NCBI GenBank assembly: GCA_964642225.1
Contig: CAZXNX010000002.1
Coordinates: 1 to 29,665, forward strand
Source: an uncultured Solirubrobacteraceae bacterium
GTDB taxonomy: Bacteria; Actinomycetota; Thermoleophilia; Solirubrobacterales; Solirubrobacteraceae
Reading direction: 5' to 3'
Length of the DNA stretch: 29,665 nucleotides
Shown here: piece after piece, positions 1 to 8,800 of the stretch
How positions within the stretch are numbered: the first letter of the stretch is position 1
How the letters are laid out: every line of letters begins with the position of its first letter
Position numbers and translations under genes: made by a program
The notes under the pieces: generated by a model
The model's input: only the letters and a program-made list of their open reading frames with translations
Database searches by the model: none
Told to the model about the DNA's origin: nothing

Positions 1-1818
1 GGTGGCGCGCAGCTGCGGCTTGCCCTTCTGCGCCTCCCGGTAGGGCTTGCCGTCGGCGGGGTGGAGCGACTCGAGGGAGAACTGCCCGAGCGGGACGTTC
101 ACGTTGATCGGCTTGAGGAGGCCGATCCGCAGGTACCTGCGCCGGGACGGCGTGATCGTGCTGACCGCGGCGTTGACGACGCTCAGGCGGCTGTTGTGGT
201 CGCGCACGGAGGCGAGCAGGCTCTTGGTGAGGATCTCCTCGACGGTGAAGCGGTTGGGGAAGCGCCCGGCCCCGGTGGGCTCGCGCTTCTTGAGCGCCTG
301 GATCTCGCTGTAGGCTGCCGCGCGCCGCCCGACCTCGCCACGGAATGCCGCGTCGAACAGCTCGACGACGAGCCGCTCATCGGCCGACATGTTCACCCGG
401 ACCAGGCAGGCCCGCACCGGGAATTCGACGTCCGGCTTCTTGCCGCCCGGCTTCTCCGTGCCCTCCGGCGGGTCCTGGGCGCGGGCGGAGGCCCCCGACG
501 TGTCGGGGCAGCCAACCTCGACCTCCGTCTCCGGCTTGGTCGTGTCCCACACGCCGGCGAGCTTGGCCCCGGTCGTGAAGGCCGTGCAGCTGGCGCCCAC
601 GTTGCCGATGCAGATCGTCAGCGGCGACAGCGGGGGCAGGTTGGTGCACGAGCCGATCACGTTCGCCACGCAGGTCTGGACCGGGTCCGATCCGGGGACG
701 AGCCCCTCACAGGCGGGCAGCGGGCTCGCCCCGCACACGATCGGCGTGCCCGGCGGCGGGCCGGTCGGGGTCGGCGACGTGGTGTCGCCCGTCGAGCCCT
801 CGTGGACGGCACTGCCGAGGTAGACGGCGGTGATCGGCGGGCGGTTGCCCGCGCCCAGCGTCGCGTTGGTATAGGCGATCGGCCCACATCTGGAGATCGC
901 CGGGGTGGTCGGGGACGAGGTCAGCGCACAGCTCGCAGCGCCGAGCGACCCGTCGTTGGCGGTGAGCTGCACGGTCCCGGTCGGAGCGGTGGCGCCCGGT
1001 CGCCCGTCGTTGTCGCCCACGATCACGGTGCAGTCGAACGGGTCGCCGGGGTTGGGGCCGCGGTTGCAGCTGAGCGCGGTGGCAGACGCGCGCCGCGTCT
1101 CGCCCGTGGGTACCGACGGGTTGGTGCTCGGGCCGCCGTCGAAGGGGGTGAACAGCTCCGGGTGGGCGCGGGCCACATCGCACAGCGGGCTCTCGCCGCC
1201 GATGAGGCCGTCGTAGCCGTAGAGCTGGGTGGAGTCGGGCGGGGTGGGCACCGCACCCGGCTCCGTGGAGCGCTGGATGCGCACACGGCCCTCGTAGTAG
1301 AAGTCGCCGTTGCTGCCCGGGCCGTTGCGCGCGAAGGCGGTGGGACCGCACGTGTAGTACTCCCCCGCCAGCGCGTCCCCGCCCGCGAAGTCGAGCCGGT
1401 AGACGGTGAACGAGTCGTACAGCTTGTCGGCGTCGGTGAGCGGCGTGAGCACGTACCGGTAGGGCCGGGTGACGATGAACACGCCGGCGTCGGCGATCAC
1501 CGTGGAGGCCTTGCTGAACCAGTTGAAGCCCAGGCCGCCCTTCAGCGTGGGGGTGAACAGGCCCTCGGCGTTGTGCGCCTCGCTGTAGGGGCCCTGGCCG
1601 CTTGAGATCCCGGCGGGCACGTAGGAGTCCGCCGGGGGGTTGGCGATGGTCGAGCCCTTGGTGAGCCACTTCCACGTGCTGGTGGCCGGCGGTTGACCGC
1701 CGGTGAACCACGACGGTCCCGTGAAGGCGGCGGGCAGGTCGGCAGACGCGGCCCCGGGCGCACCGAGAGCCAGCGTGGTCGCCCCGACGACGACGGCAAG
1801 TGCGGACCGGATGCGCAC
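1..1818 (-). CDS. Secreted protein of unknown function with bacterial Ig-like (group 3-like) domain, Pro/Thr linker and Cys-rich segment; 3' end runs off the window
   Basis: Absent from the ORF track (no stop in window); translated by hand. Open frame from GTG at 1818 to base 1: MRIRSALAVVVGATTLALGAPGAASA-DLPAAF (signal peptide) ... PTGTVQLT...ITAVYLGSAVHEGST (Big_3-like) ... KGKPQLRAT. TACGCT -10 lies 6 nt upstream of the GTG. Confidence 0.85.
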   Translation of the reverse strand, partial: MRIRSALAVVVGATTLALGAPGAASADLPAAFTGPSWFTGGQPPATSTWKWLTKGSTIANPPADSYVPAGISSGQGPYSEAHNAEGLFTPTLKGGLGFNWFSKASTVIADAGVFIVTRPYRYVLTPLTDADKLYDSFTVYRLDFAGGDALAGEYYTCGPTAFARNGPGSNGDFYYEGRVRIQRSTEPGAVPTPPDSTQLYGYDGLIGGESPLCDVARAHPELFTPFDGGPSTNPSVPTGETRRASATALSCNRGPNPGDPFDCTVIVGDNDGRPGATAPTGTVQLTANDGSLGAASCALTSSPTTPAISRCGPIAYTNATLGAGNRPPITAVYLGSAVHEGSTGDTTSPTPTGPPPGTPIVCGASPLPACEGLVPGSDPVQTCVANVIGSCTNLPPLSPLTICIGNVGASCTAFTTGAKLAGVWDTTKPETEVEVGCPDTSGASARAQDPPEGTEKPGGKKPDVEFPVRACLVRVNMSADERLVVELFDAAFRGEVGRRAAAYSEIQALKKREPTGAGRFPNRFTVEEILTKSLLASVRDHNSRLSVVNAAVSTITPSRRRYLRIGLLKPINVNVPLGQFSLESLHPADGKPYREAQKGKPQLRAT

Positions 1819-1824
1819 CCGCCA

Positions 1825-1830
1825 AGCGTA
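1825..1830 (-). promoter_or_regulatory. -10 hexamer TACGCT, leaderless start at GTG 1818
   Basis: TAnnnT followed by 6 nt and then the start codon. Confidence 0.6.
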
Positions 1831-1918
1831 GAGCGCGGGCGCCGCCACGACAACCGGGTCCGAACGTCCCTGCGCCAGCAGACGACGGCCACCCAACCTC
1901 ACCCCCTTGGGGGGCGGC

Positions 1919-3454
1919 TCAGTAGGAGCCGCGGCGGCCGAAGACGGCCGGGATCGTCTTGAGCAGGATGGTGAGGTCGAGGGAGACCGACCACCGCTCG
2001 AGGTAGAGGAAGTCCAGGCGCACGAGGTCGTCGAAGTCCAGGTCGGCGCGGCCGGACACCTGCCACAGGCCGGTCATGCCGGGCAGCACGAGGTAGCGCT
2101 TCTTGTGCCACTCCTGCAGCCGGTCGAAGTCGCGCACCGGCAGCGGCCGCGGCCCGACGAGCGACATCTTGCCCCGCAGGACGTTCCACAGCTGCGGCAG
2201 CTCGTCGAGGGAGAAGCGGCGCAGGAACTTGCCGACCGGCGTCACGCGCGGGTCGTCGCGGATCTTGAAGAGCGCGCCCGTGGCCTCGTTCTGCTCCTCC
2301 AGCTCCTCCTGCACCACCTCGGCGTCCACGTACATCGTGCGGAACTTCAGGCAGTCGAACGGCGCGCCGCCGATCCCGGGCCGCACGGACCGGTAGATGG
2401 CGCCGCCCTTGGAGGTGAGCATCACCGCCAGGCCGATGAGCAGCAGGAACGGGCTGAGGAAGAGGAGCAGGAAGGCGGAGACGAAGATGTCGAAGGCGCG
2501 CTTGAGGGCGAAGTCGATGCCCTCGAAGGTCGGGGAGCGCAGCTCGAACAGGGGGATCGACTGGCCCGGCAGGAAGTCGGCCCGCTGCACCAGCACGTCC
2601 ATGGTCGACGGCGCGATCCGCACCCGCACCCCGCCCTGGTGGGCGGTGTCGACGAGGTCGACCGTCTCGCGCTCGGGGAAGTCGGGGTCGGCGATGATCA
2701 CCTCGTCGATGCGGTGGCGCTGGATGATCTCGCTCAGCTCGTCCAGGGTACCGAGGGAGCTCAGCCCGTTGGAGGGCCGCGGCGTGAGGGAGATGAAGCC
2801 CACCACGGTGATCCGGTTCTCCGTCGCCGAGCCCAGGGCGTGGCCGACCGCCTCGATGTGGTGGCCGGTCCCCACCAGCACCGCGCGGCGCTCGTAGCCG
2901 GCCTTGCGCAGCAGCCACCCGGTGAGCGCCTCGTAGGCGGCCCGGAACGAGCCGACGTAGAGGATCGAGAAGAACAGCGACGCGTAGAAGATGTAGTAGC
3001 TGGAGAACGTCTCGCCGCTGACGAGGGCGAAGACGAGCGCCACCACGGTCGTCTGGAACAGGCAGGCGACGATCGACGACAGCCCGGGGCGGGTGGCCCG
3101 CTCGGAGTACATGCCGGAGCGGGCGAACAGCAGCAGCGTGACCAGCGCCGCGAAGGGCAGGAAGGCGCGCGTGTTGCCCCACACGATGTCGATGTTGAGG
3201 TTGCCGCGGACCGTGTCCTTGATGAGCAGCGCGGTGAAGATCGCCAGCGCGATCGCGAACACGTCCAGCAGCATGAGGCTGATGACGCGGGCCAGACGCC
3301 GCAGCGCGTCGAGGCGGCGCAGGACGTTCAGAACAGGCGGGCGCTTGGCCCGCACGTCACGGTCGATGCTGTCGAGCGGTACCTCCACGAGCTGCGGCAT
3401 GTCCAGCGTGGCGCGGCGCGCCGAAGGCTTGGGTTGACGGGGTGCGGTCGACAT
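1919..3454 (-). CDS. Exopolysaccharide biosynthesis polyprenyl glycosylphosphotransferase (WcaJ/CpsE-type sugar transferase)
   Basis: N-terminal TM helices, central CoA-binding-like domain, C-terminal Bac_transf motifs KRAFD, KFRTM, DDPRVT, SLDELPQLWNVLRGKMSLVGPRP, PGMTGLWQVSGR; SD AGAGGGGGTG. Confidence 0.95.
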   Translation of the reverse strand: MSTAPRQPKPSARRATLDMPQLVEVPLDSIDRDVRAKRPPVLNVLRRLDALRRLARVISLMLLDVFAIALAIFTALLIKDTVRGNLNIDIVWGNTRAFLPFAALVTLLLFARSGMYSERATRPGLSSIVACLFQTTVVALVFALVSGETFSSYYIFYASLFFSILYVGSFRAAYEALTGWLLRKAGYERRAVLVGTGHHIEAVGHALGSATENRITVVGFISLTPRPSNGLSSLGTLDELSEIIQRHRIDEVIIADPDFPERETVDLVDTAHQGGVRVRIAPSTMDVLVQRADFLPGQSIPLFELRSPTFEGIDFALKRAFDIFVSAFLLLFLSPFLLLIGLAVMLTSKGGAIYRSVRPGIGGAPFDCLKFRTMYVDAEVVQEELEEQNEATGALFKIRDDPRVTPVGKFLRRFSLDELPQLWNVLRGKMSLVGPRPLPVRDFDRLQEWHKKRYLVLPGMTGLWQVSGRADLDFDDLVRLDFLYLERWSVSLDLTILLKTIPAVFGRRGSY

Positions 3455-3552
3455 GGTTCACCCCCTCTAACGGGGCAGCGTGGCAAATGTCGCGTTAGTT
3501 GGCACCAAATGCATCATGCCCGTCACCTGCGCGTTCGACACCCTCGCCCCCG

Positions 3553-4491
3553 TCACCCGATCAGGGACTTGCGTCCGGCCCTCTCCAGCGTGATGGCCAG
3601 GCCCTCGCTGAGGGAGATCGCCGGCTCCCACCCGAGCAGCTCCTTCGCGCGGGTGATGTCGGGGCGCCGCTGCTGGGGATCGTCGGTGGGCAGCGGCTCG
3701 AAGATGATCTCCGAGGAGGACCCGGTGACCTCGATGACCGCGTGGGCCAGCTCCAGCAGCGTGAACTCGTCCGGATTGCCGATGTTCACCGGCAGATGCT
3801 CGCCGGACTCGGCCAGCAGGATCATCCCGCGGATGAGGTCGTCGACGAAGCAGAACGAGCGCGTCTGGCTGCCGTCGCCGAACACGGTGATCGGCGCGTC
3901 CTGCAGCGCCTGGCGCAGGAAGGTGGGGATCGCGCGGCCGTCGAACGGGCGCATCCGGCTGCCGTAGGTGTTGAAGATGCGGATCATCGACGTGTCGACG
4001 CCCTGCTGGCGGTGGTAGGCCATCACCAGGGCCTCGGCGTAGCGCTTGGCCTCGTCGTAGACGCCGCGCGGGCCGATCGGGTTGACGTGGCCCCAGTAGT
4101 CCTCGGTCTGCGGGTGCACCTGCGGGTCGCCGTAGACCTCGCTGGTGGAGGCGGTGAGGAAGCGGGCGCGGTGGGCCTTGGCCAGGCCGAGCGCGTGGTG
4201 CGTGCCGTAGGAGCCGACCTTCAGCGTGTGCAGCGGCAGGCGCAGATAGTCGATCGGCGAGGCGGGGGAGGCGAGGTGGTAGACGAAGTCGACCTGCTCG
4301 TCCACGAAGAACGGCTCGACGATGTCGAGCTGGCGGAACTGGAACTCCGGCACCCGGATGTGGGCGATGTTGTGCAGCGACCCCGTCTCCAGATTGTCGA
4401 CGCAGATCACGCGATGGCCACGCTTCAGGAGCTCATCGCACAGATGCGACCCCAGGAAGCCGGCCCCGCCCGTTACCAGACAAGTAGCCAT
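3553..4491 (-). CDS. uxs: UDP-glucuronate decarboxylase (UDP-xylose synthase), extended SDR family
   Basis: [51 protein letters not shown]. Confidence 0.9.
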   Translation of the reverse strand: MATCLVTGGAGFLGSHLCDELLKRGHRVICVDNLETGSLHNIAHIRVPEFQFRQLDIVEPFFVDEQVDFVYHLASPASPIDYLRLPLHTLKVGSYGTHHALGLAKAHRARFLTASTSEVYGDPQVHPQTEDYWGHVNPIGPRGVYDEAKRYAEALVMAYHRQQGVDTSMIRIFNTYGSRMRPFDGRAIPTFLRQALQDAPITVFGDGSQTRSFCFVDDLIRGMILLAESGEHLPVNIGNPDEFTLLELAHAVIEVTGSSSEIIFEPLPTDDPQQRRPDITRAKELLGWEPAISLSEGLAITLERAGRKSLIG

Positions 4492-4500
4492 ATTCCAGTG

Positions 4501-4594
4501 ATCCTATGGGGTTGGAGGCCGGTTTCGCCCTCCGGCGAGCCGTGTTGCAGCCACCTGAGGGGCCAGGATCGGGCGGGGAATCATGCAATAGGAT
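4501..4594. promoter_or_regulatory. Divergent uxs/ferritin promoters, both with a TAGGAT -10
   Basis: TAGGAT at 4589-4594 (+, 6 nt before ferritin ATG) and at 4506-4501 (-, 9 nt before uxs ATG). Confidence 0.55.
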
Positions 4595-4600
4595 CGGGGC

Positions 4601-5131
4601 ATGCCCTCAGCCGCCTTCGTGAACCGTCTCAACGAGCAGATCCGCTACGAATTCTCGGCCCATCAGCAGTACGTGGCCATCGCCACCTACTACGACGACG
4701 AGACCCTTCCGCGCCTGGCCGCCCACTTCTACGCGCAGGCGCTCGAGGAGCGCGGCCACGCGATGATGATGGTGCAGTACCTGCTCGACGCGAACGCCAA
4801 CCCGCAGATCCCCGGGATCGACGCGCCCAAGAACGGCTTCGGCGACATCGTCGAGCCCGTGCGCCTGGCCCTGGAGCAGGAGCAGCGCGTGACCGACCAG
4901 ATCAATGCGCTGGCCGCCCTGGCCCGCGACGAGGGCGACTACGCCTCCGAGCAGTTCATGCAGTGGTTCATCAAGGAGCAGGTCGAGGAGGTCGCCTCGA
5001 TGTCCTCCCTCCTCACCGTGGTGGAGCGCTCGCGCGACAACCCGATGCTGGCCGAGGACTTCCTGGCCCGCGAGGAGTCCGGCGAGAGCGCCGACCCGAC
5101 CGCGCCCTCCGAGGCCGGCGCCGGCGCCTGA
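4601..5131 (+). CDS. ftnA: Non-heme bacterial ferritin (FtnA/BfrB type)
   Basis: Ferroxidase motifs QIRYEFSAHQQY, QALEERGHA, LEQEQRVT, FMQWFIKEQVEE. Confidence 0.92.
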   Translation: MPSAAFVNRLNEQIRYEFSAHQQYVAIATYYDDETLPRLAAHFYAQALEERGHAMMMVQYLLDANANPQIPGIDAPKNGFGDIVEPVRLALEQEQRVTDQINALAALARDEGDYASEQFMQWFIKEQVEEVASMSSLLTVVERSRDNPMLAEDFLAREESGESADPTAPSEAGAGA

Positions 5132-5138
5132 CGGAGGC

Positions 5139-5777
5139 TCAGACCTCCGGGAGGGTCCCCTTCGCCCAGGCGCCCTCCTCCTGCTTCCAGATCGGGACGC
5201 GCTCCTTGATCTCGTCGATGAGCGCCCGGGCACCGGCGAACGCCGCCACGCGATGCGGGGCGGAGGCGGCGACGATCACCGACGCCTCCCCCAGCGGCAC
5301 GCGGCCGGTGCGGTGCTCGGCCGCTGCGGCGCACAGGCCGTGCCGGGCGGCCACGCCGGCCACGATCCGCTCCAGCTCGGCCAGCGCCATCTCCGCGTAG
5401 GCCTCGTAGTCGAGGAAGGCCACGTCGCGCGTGGCGCCGGAGAAGGTGACGACGGCCCCGGCGCGCGGGTCGCGCACCCGGGCGGCGAGCGCGTCGAGGG
5501 AGAGCGGCTCGGTGGTGATGGCCGCGTGCAGCGCCACGCCCTGGCCTGACCCGCCGGAGACCGGCGGCACCAGCGCGACCTCGTCCCCGGGCCGGACGAC
5601 GGTGTCCGCGTCGGCGTAGGTGCGGTTGAGCGCAACCACCACGGGCATGTCGCCGACGAGGTCGATCATCTGCGCCAGCAGGTCGTGCACCGACGCGCCC
5701 TCGGGCAGCTGCACCTGGACCTGCCGTGCTCCCGCACGCTCCCGCAGCCCGGCGAACAGGCGGACGTTGACGATCAT
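5139..5777 (-). CDS. moaX: Fused molybdopterin synthase MoaD-MoaE (MoaX-type), 212 aa
   Basis: Start at ATG 5777 (the track ORF is over-extended). MIVNVRLFAGLRERAG...GDEVALVPPVSGG (MoaD), then GAVVTFSG, YEAY, EHRTG, HRVAAF, PIWKQE (MoaE). TAGCCT -10 lies 7 nt upstream. Confidence 0.92.
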   Translation of the reverse strand: MIVNVRLFAGLRERAGARQVQVQLPEGASVHDLLAQMIDLVGDMPVVVALNRTYADADTVVRPGDEVALVPPVSGGSGQGVALHAAITTEPLSLDALAARVRDPRAGAVVTFSGATRDVAFLDYEAYAEMALAELERIVAGVAARHGLCAAAAEHRTGRVPLGEASVIVAASAPHRVAAFAGARALIDEIKERVPIWKQEEGAWAKGTLPEV

Positions 5778-5824
5778 GGACGCAAGGCTACGCGGCGGCG
5801 GGCTCACGGCCCGGACCGGTGCGT

Positions 5825-8800
5825 CTAGCGCCGCTTCTTGGCGGCGGCCTTGCGCTTGGCGGCGGCCTTCTTCTTCGCGGCGGCCTTGCGCTTGGCGGCG
5901 GCCTTCTTCTTGGCGGCGGCGCGCTTCTTGGCGGCGGCCTTCTTCTTCGCGGCAGCCTTCTGCTTGGCCGTCAGCGGCTTCTTGGTCGTCGCCGGCTTGT
6001 CCGTCGTGGCGGGCGGCTGGCCGGTGCCGCTGGGCGCCTGCGTGGTGCCCGGCTGCTCCTGGAAGGGATCGGTGTACTGGCCCGAGCCGGGGGTCTCCTC
6101 GGCCGTCGTGCTGCCGCCGCCGCCCGAGGGCTGCGGGGTGCTCGTGCGCTCGGTGTACTCCGGCGGGTCCGCCATCCAGTGCTCGAGGATCCGCTGATCG
6201 GTCAGCGCGGTGCGGTAGTAGGAGACCTCGTCGATCGCGCCGCGGAACCAGGGCTGCGAGAGCCCGACGTTGCCGAAGCCGACGTACAGGGTGCTCGTGC
6301 CGCTCGGGGTGCGCGTCGTCTCGCGGGAGTCCACCACGTGGCCGTCGACGAACAGCTTGGCGGTGACGCCGTCCCACGTGGCGGCGACCTGATGGAACTC
6401 GCCGTCGTACGGGAACGCGCCGGACACCAGCTCGCGGCTGCCGAAGGGATCCGGGCCGCCGTCGGGCAGGTGCAGCACGACGCGGCCGCCGCGCAGGAAC
6501 AGCGCGGGAGCGCTGCCGCCGGCGCCGTGGTCGAAGATCGCCATGTCACCGTGGTCGTCGGGCTTGACCCACGCCTCCACGCTGTAGCTCAGGTTGCCGG
6601 CCGGGACGCCGTTGACGTACACGTAGCCGCCCTTGCCCAGGAAGCTGCGCGTCGTGTTGCCGTCGCCGGAGATGCCGGTCGGGCCGTTGGCGGTGTCGTT
6701 CTTGTACTCGCCCGCGTGGCGGCCCGTGGCGTCGTTGACGTCGTGGGCGTCGGTCGGCTCGTCCAGGCGGTAGTAGGACTCGGGCTGATCGCCGAGCACG
6801 ATCTGGTCAAACGGCTTGACCACGTAGGTGTGGTGATGCTCGTAGAACAGGCCGTTGACGTTGGTGGCGTAGACACGGAAGTCGTGCGTGCCCGGCGTCA
6901 GCGGCAGCAGATCACCCTGGTTGATCGGGACCCCGTCGACCGTGGCGGTGCACTGGTTCACCGTGCCGGCGCCGTCCGGGTCATCGCAGGACCAGTCGGC
7001 GTGCGGCGGGTTGGGCAGCGTCTTGGCGTTGGAGTTGTACGTCGCGCCCTGGGACGGCTCATCGGTGTCGATGGTCGGGCGCGTCATGTCCAGCACACCG
7101 GCACCGGCGCCGCCCGGCTCGTCCGACGCGCCGATCTTCCAGCGATCGTGCATGTCGTGCTGGGAAAGGACCCGGTTGTTGTAGTAGGCGACCTCGTCGA
7201 TGTAGCCGTGCCACCAGGCCGAGGCGCTGATGTTCGTCCGCCCGACGAAGAGGGTGTCACGGTTGCCGTGGCCGCTCCAGGCGTTGGTCACACCGCTGCG
7301 GCTGTCGACCAGGTTGCCGTTGACATACAGGCGCACCGTGCTGCCGTTCCAGGTGACGCCCACGTGGTACCAGCGATCCGACGGCATCGCCGAGCTGACC
7401 AGCTCGGTGCCGTTGACCAGCCGTGCGTGCCAGCGGCCCGAGGAGTCGTAGTAGACCTCGAACTCCTGGCCATGCGACATCAGGCCCAGCGTGCCCTGCG
7501 GATGGCCGCTGCCGTCACCGACCGGGAAGCCCCACGCGTCGGCGCTGAAGCTCTCGGTGATGTGGTGGCCGTTCTCGTCCCAGCTGCCGGCCTGCGGCAC
7601 GTTGTTGACGTACGAGTGATCGGCGTAGCCGTCGTAGAAGGCGCTGTAGCCCTGGTTCTTGTAGTTGTACGGATCGCACCAGGAGTCGGGGTGATGGTGC
7701 GGGTTCTTCCAGTCCTCGCACTTCAGCGCCGGCGGGCGCCGCAACACCACACCGTTCTGATGCGTGCCGGTGAAGCCGTTGCCCGAACTGTCAGCCATCC
7801 CGTCGACCGAGGCGCCGAGCGGGTCGTCCAGGCGGAAGTACGCCGTCGGCCCGTCCGCCTTGACGAACGTGTCGTACTTGGGCGGCACGATCCGGTACGC
7901 GCGCGGCGTCACGTTCTTGGAATGCGTGACATGCCCGACGTTGTCGGTGGCGACCGCGTCGAACTCGTGCGCGCCGAGCGTCTCGTTGTCGAAGTTGTCG
8001 GTGCACGAGGCGATGCCCGAGTGGCCCGCGGGGGAGCCCCCGTCCGGGTCGTCGCAGTGATAGTCCGGCGGCCCACCGTGCAACGGGTAGTACGGGTTCA
8101 CGATCTGCCGCGGATCGCCCAGGCTGTACGGATCCTGCGTCCGCGCCGCCGGCGAGATGACCGTCACCGTCGGGTCGGTCAGGTCCACCAGCCAGTTGAA
8201 GGTCGCCGGTGAGCCGTCGACGTTGCCGGCGTTGTCGACGGCGCGCACCTCGAACGTGCGGTGGCCCTCGGTGGCCGTGCCCAGGTTCACCGAGGTGCAG
8301 GTCGACCACGAGCCGCCGTCGCGACGGCACTCGAAGTGGTTGATGCCCGAGCCGCCGTCGGCGCCCGTGAAGCCGAAGTTGGCCACGGTGCTGGCCGTCG
8401 GGTTGGCCGGGTGCGAGGTGATCGACGTGGTCGGGTTGACCGTGTCCACGACCCAGGAGTAGGACGCGGAGTCGGTGTGCCCCACGGCATCCGTGATCTT
8501 CACGGTGAAGGTGTGGTTACCCTGGCTGAGCCCGGCGAGGTGGTGGGCGCTGTTGCTGTCGCACGGGGCGAAGCTGCCCCCGTCCAGCTTGCAGGTGACG
8601 GTGGAGCCGGAGGACGGGGCCGGATCGTTCGCGGTGAAGGTGAAGTCCGCCGACGTGTGGTTGTCGATCGAGACCGGATGGGTGTCGATCGTGACCGTCG
8701 GGGCGACCGTGTCCACCGTCCAGTTGTAGGTGTCACTCGCGGTGTTGCCGACCCAGTCCGTCCCGGTGACCGTGAAGGTGTGCGGCCCGTCAGCGAGGCC

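Noticed and set aside
61-1825. Track ORFs 61..1605(+) and 707..1825(-)
   Set aside because: Shadow frames of the real minus-strand gene (1818 to <1), which has a signal peptide, a promoter and typical codon usage.
3499-3513. TTGGCACCAAATGCA as a sigma-54 promoter
   Set aside because: GG-to-GC spacing is 8 rather than 10 nt, and it points antisense to the adjacent genes.
5778-6377. N-terminal extension of the MoaD-MoaE ORF (track 412 aa), and similar extensions on the mutase, S8, pccB, ocd and sulfite reductase ORFs
   Set aside because: They overlap neighbouring genes or promoters; internal starts have a -10 or SD and coincide with the domain start.
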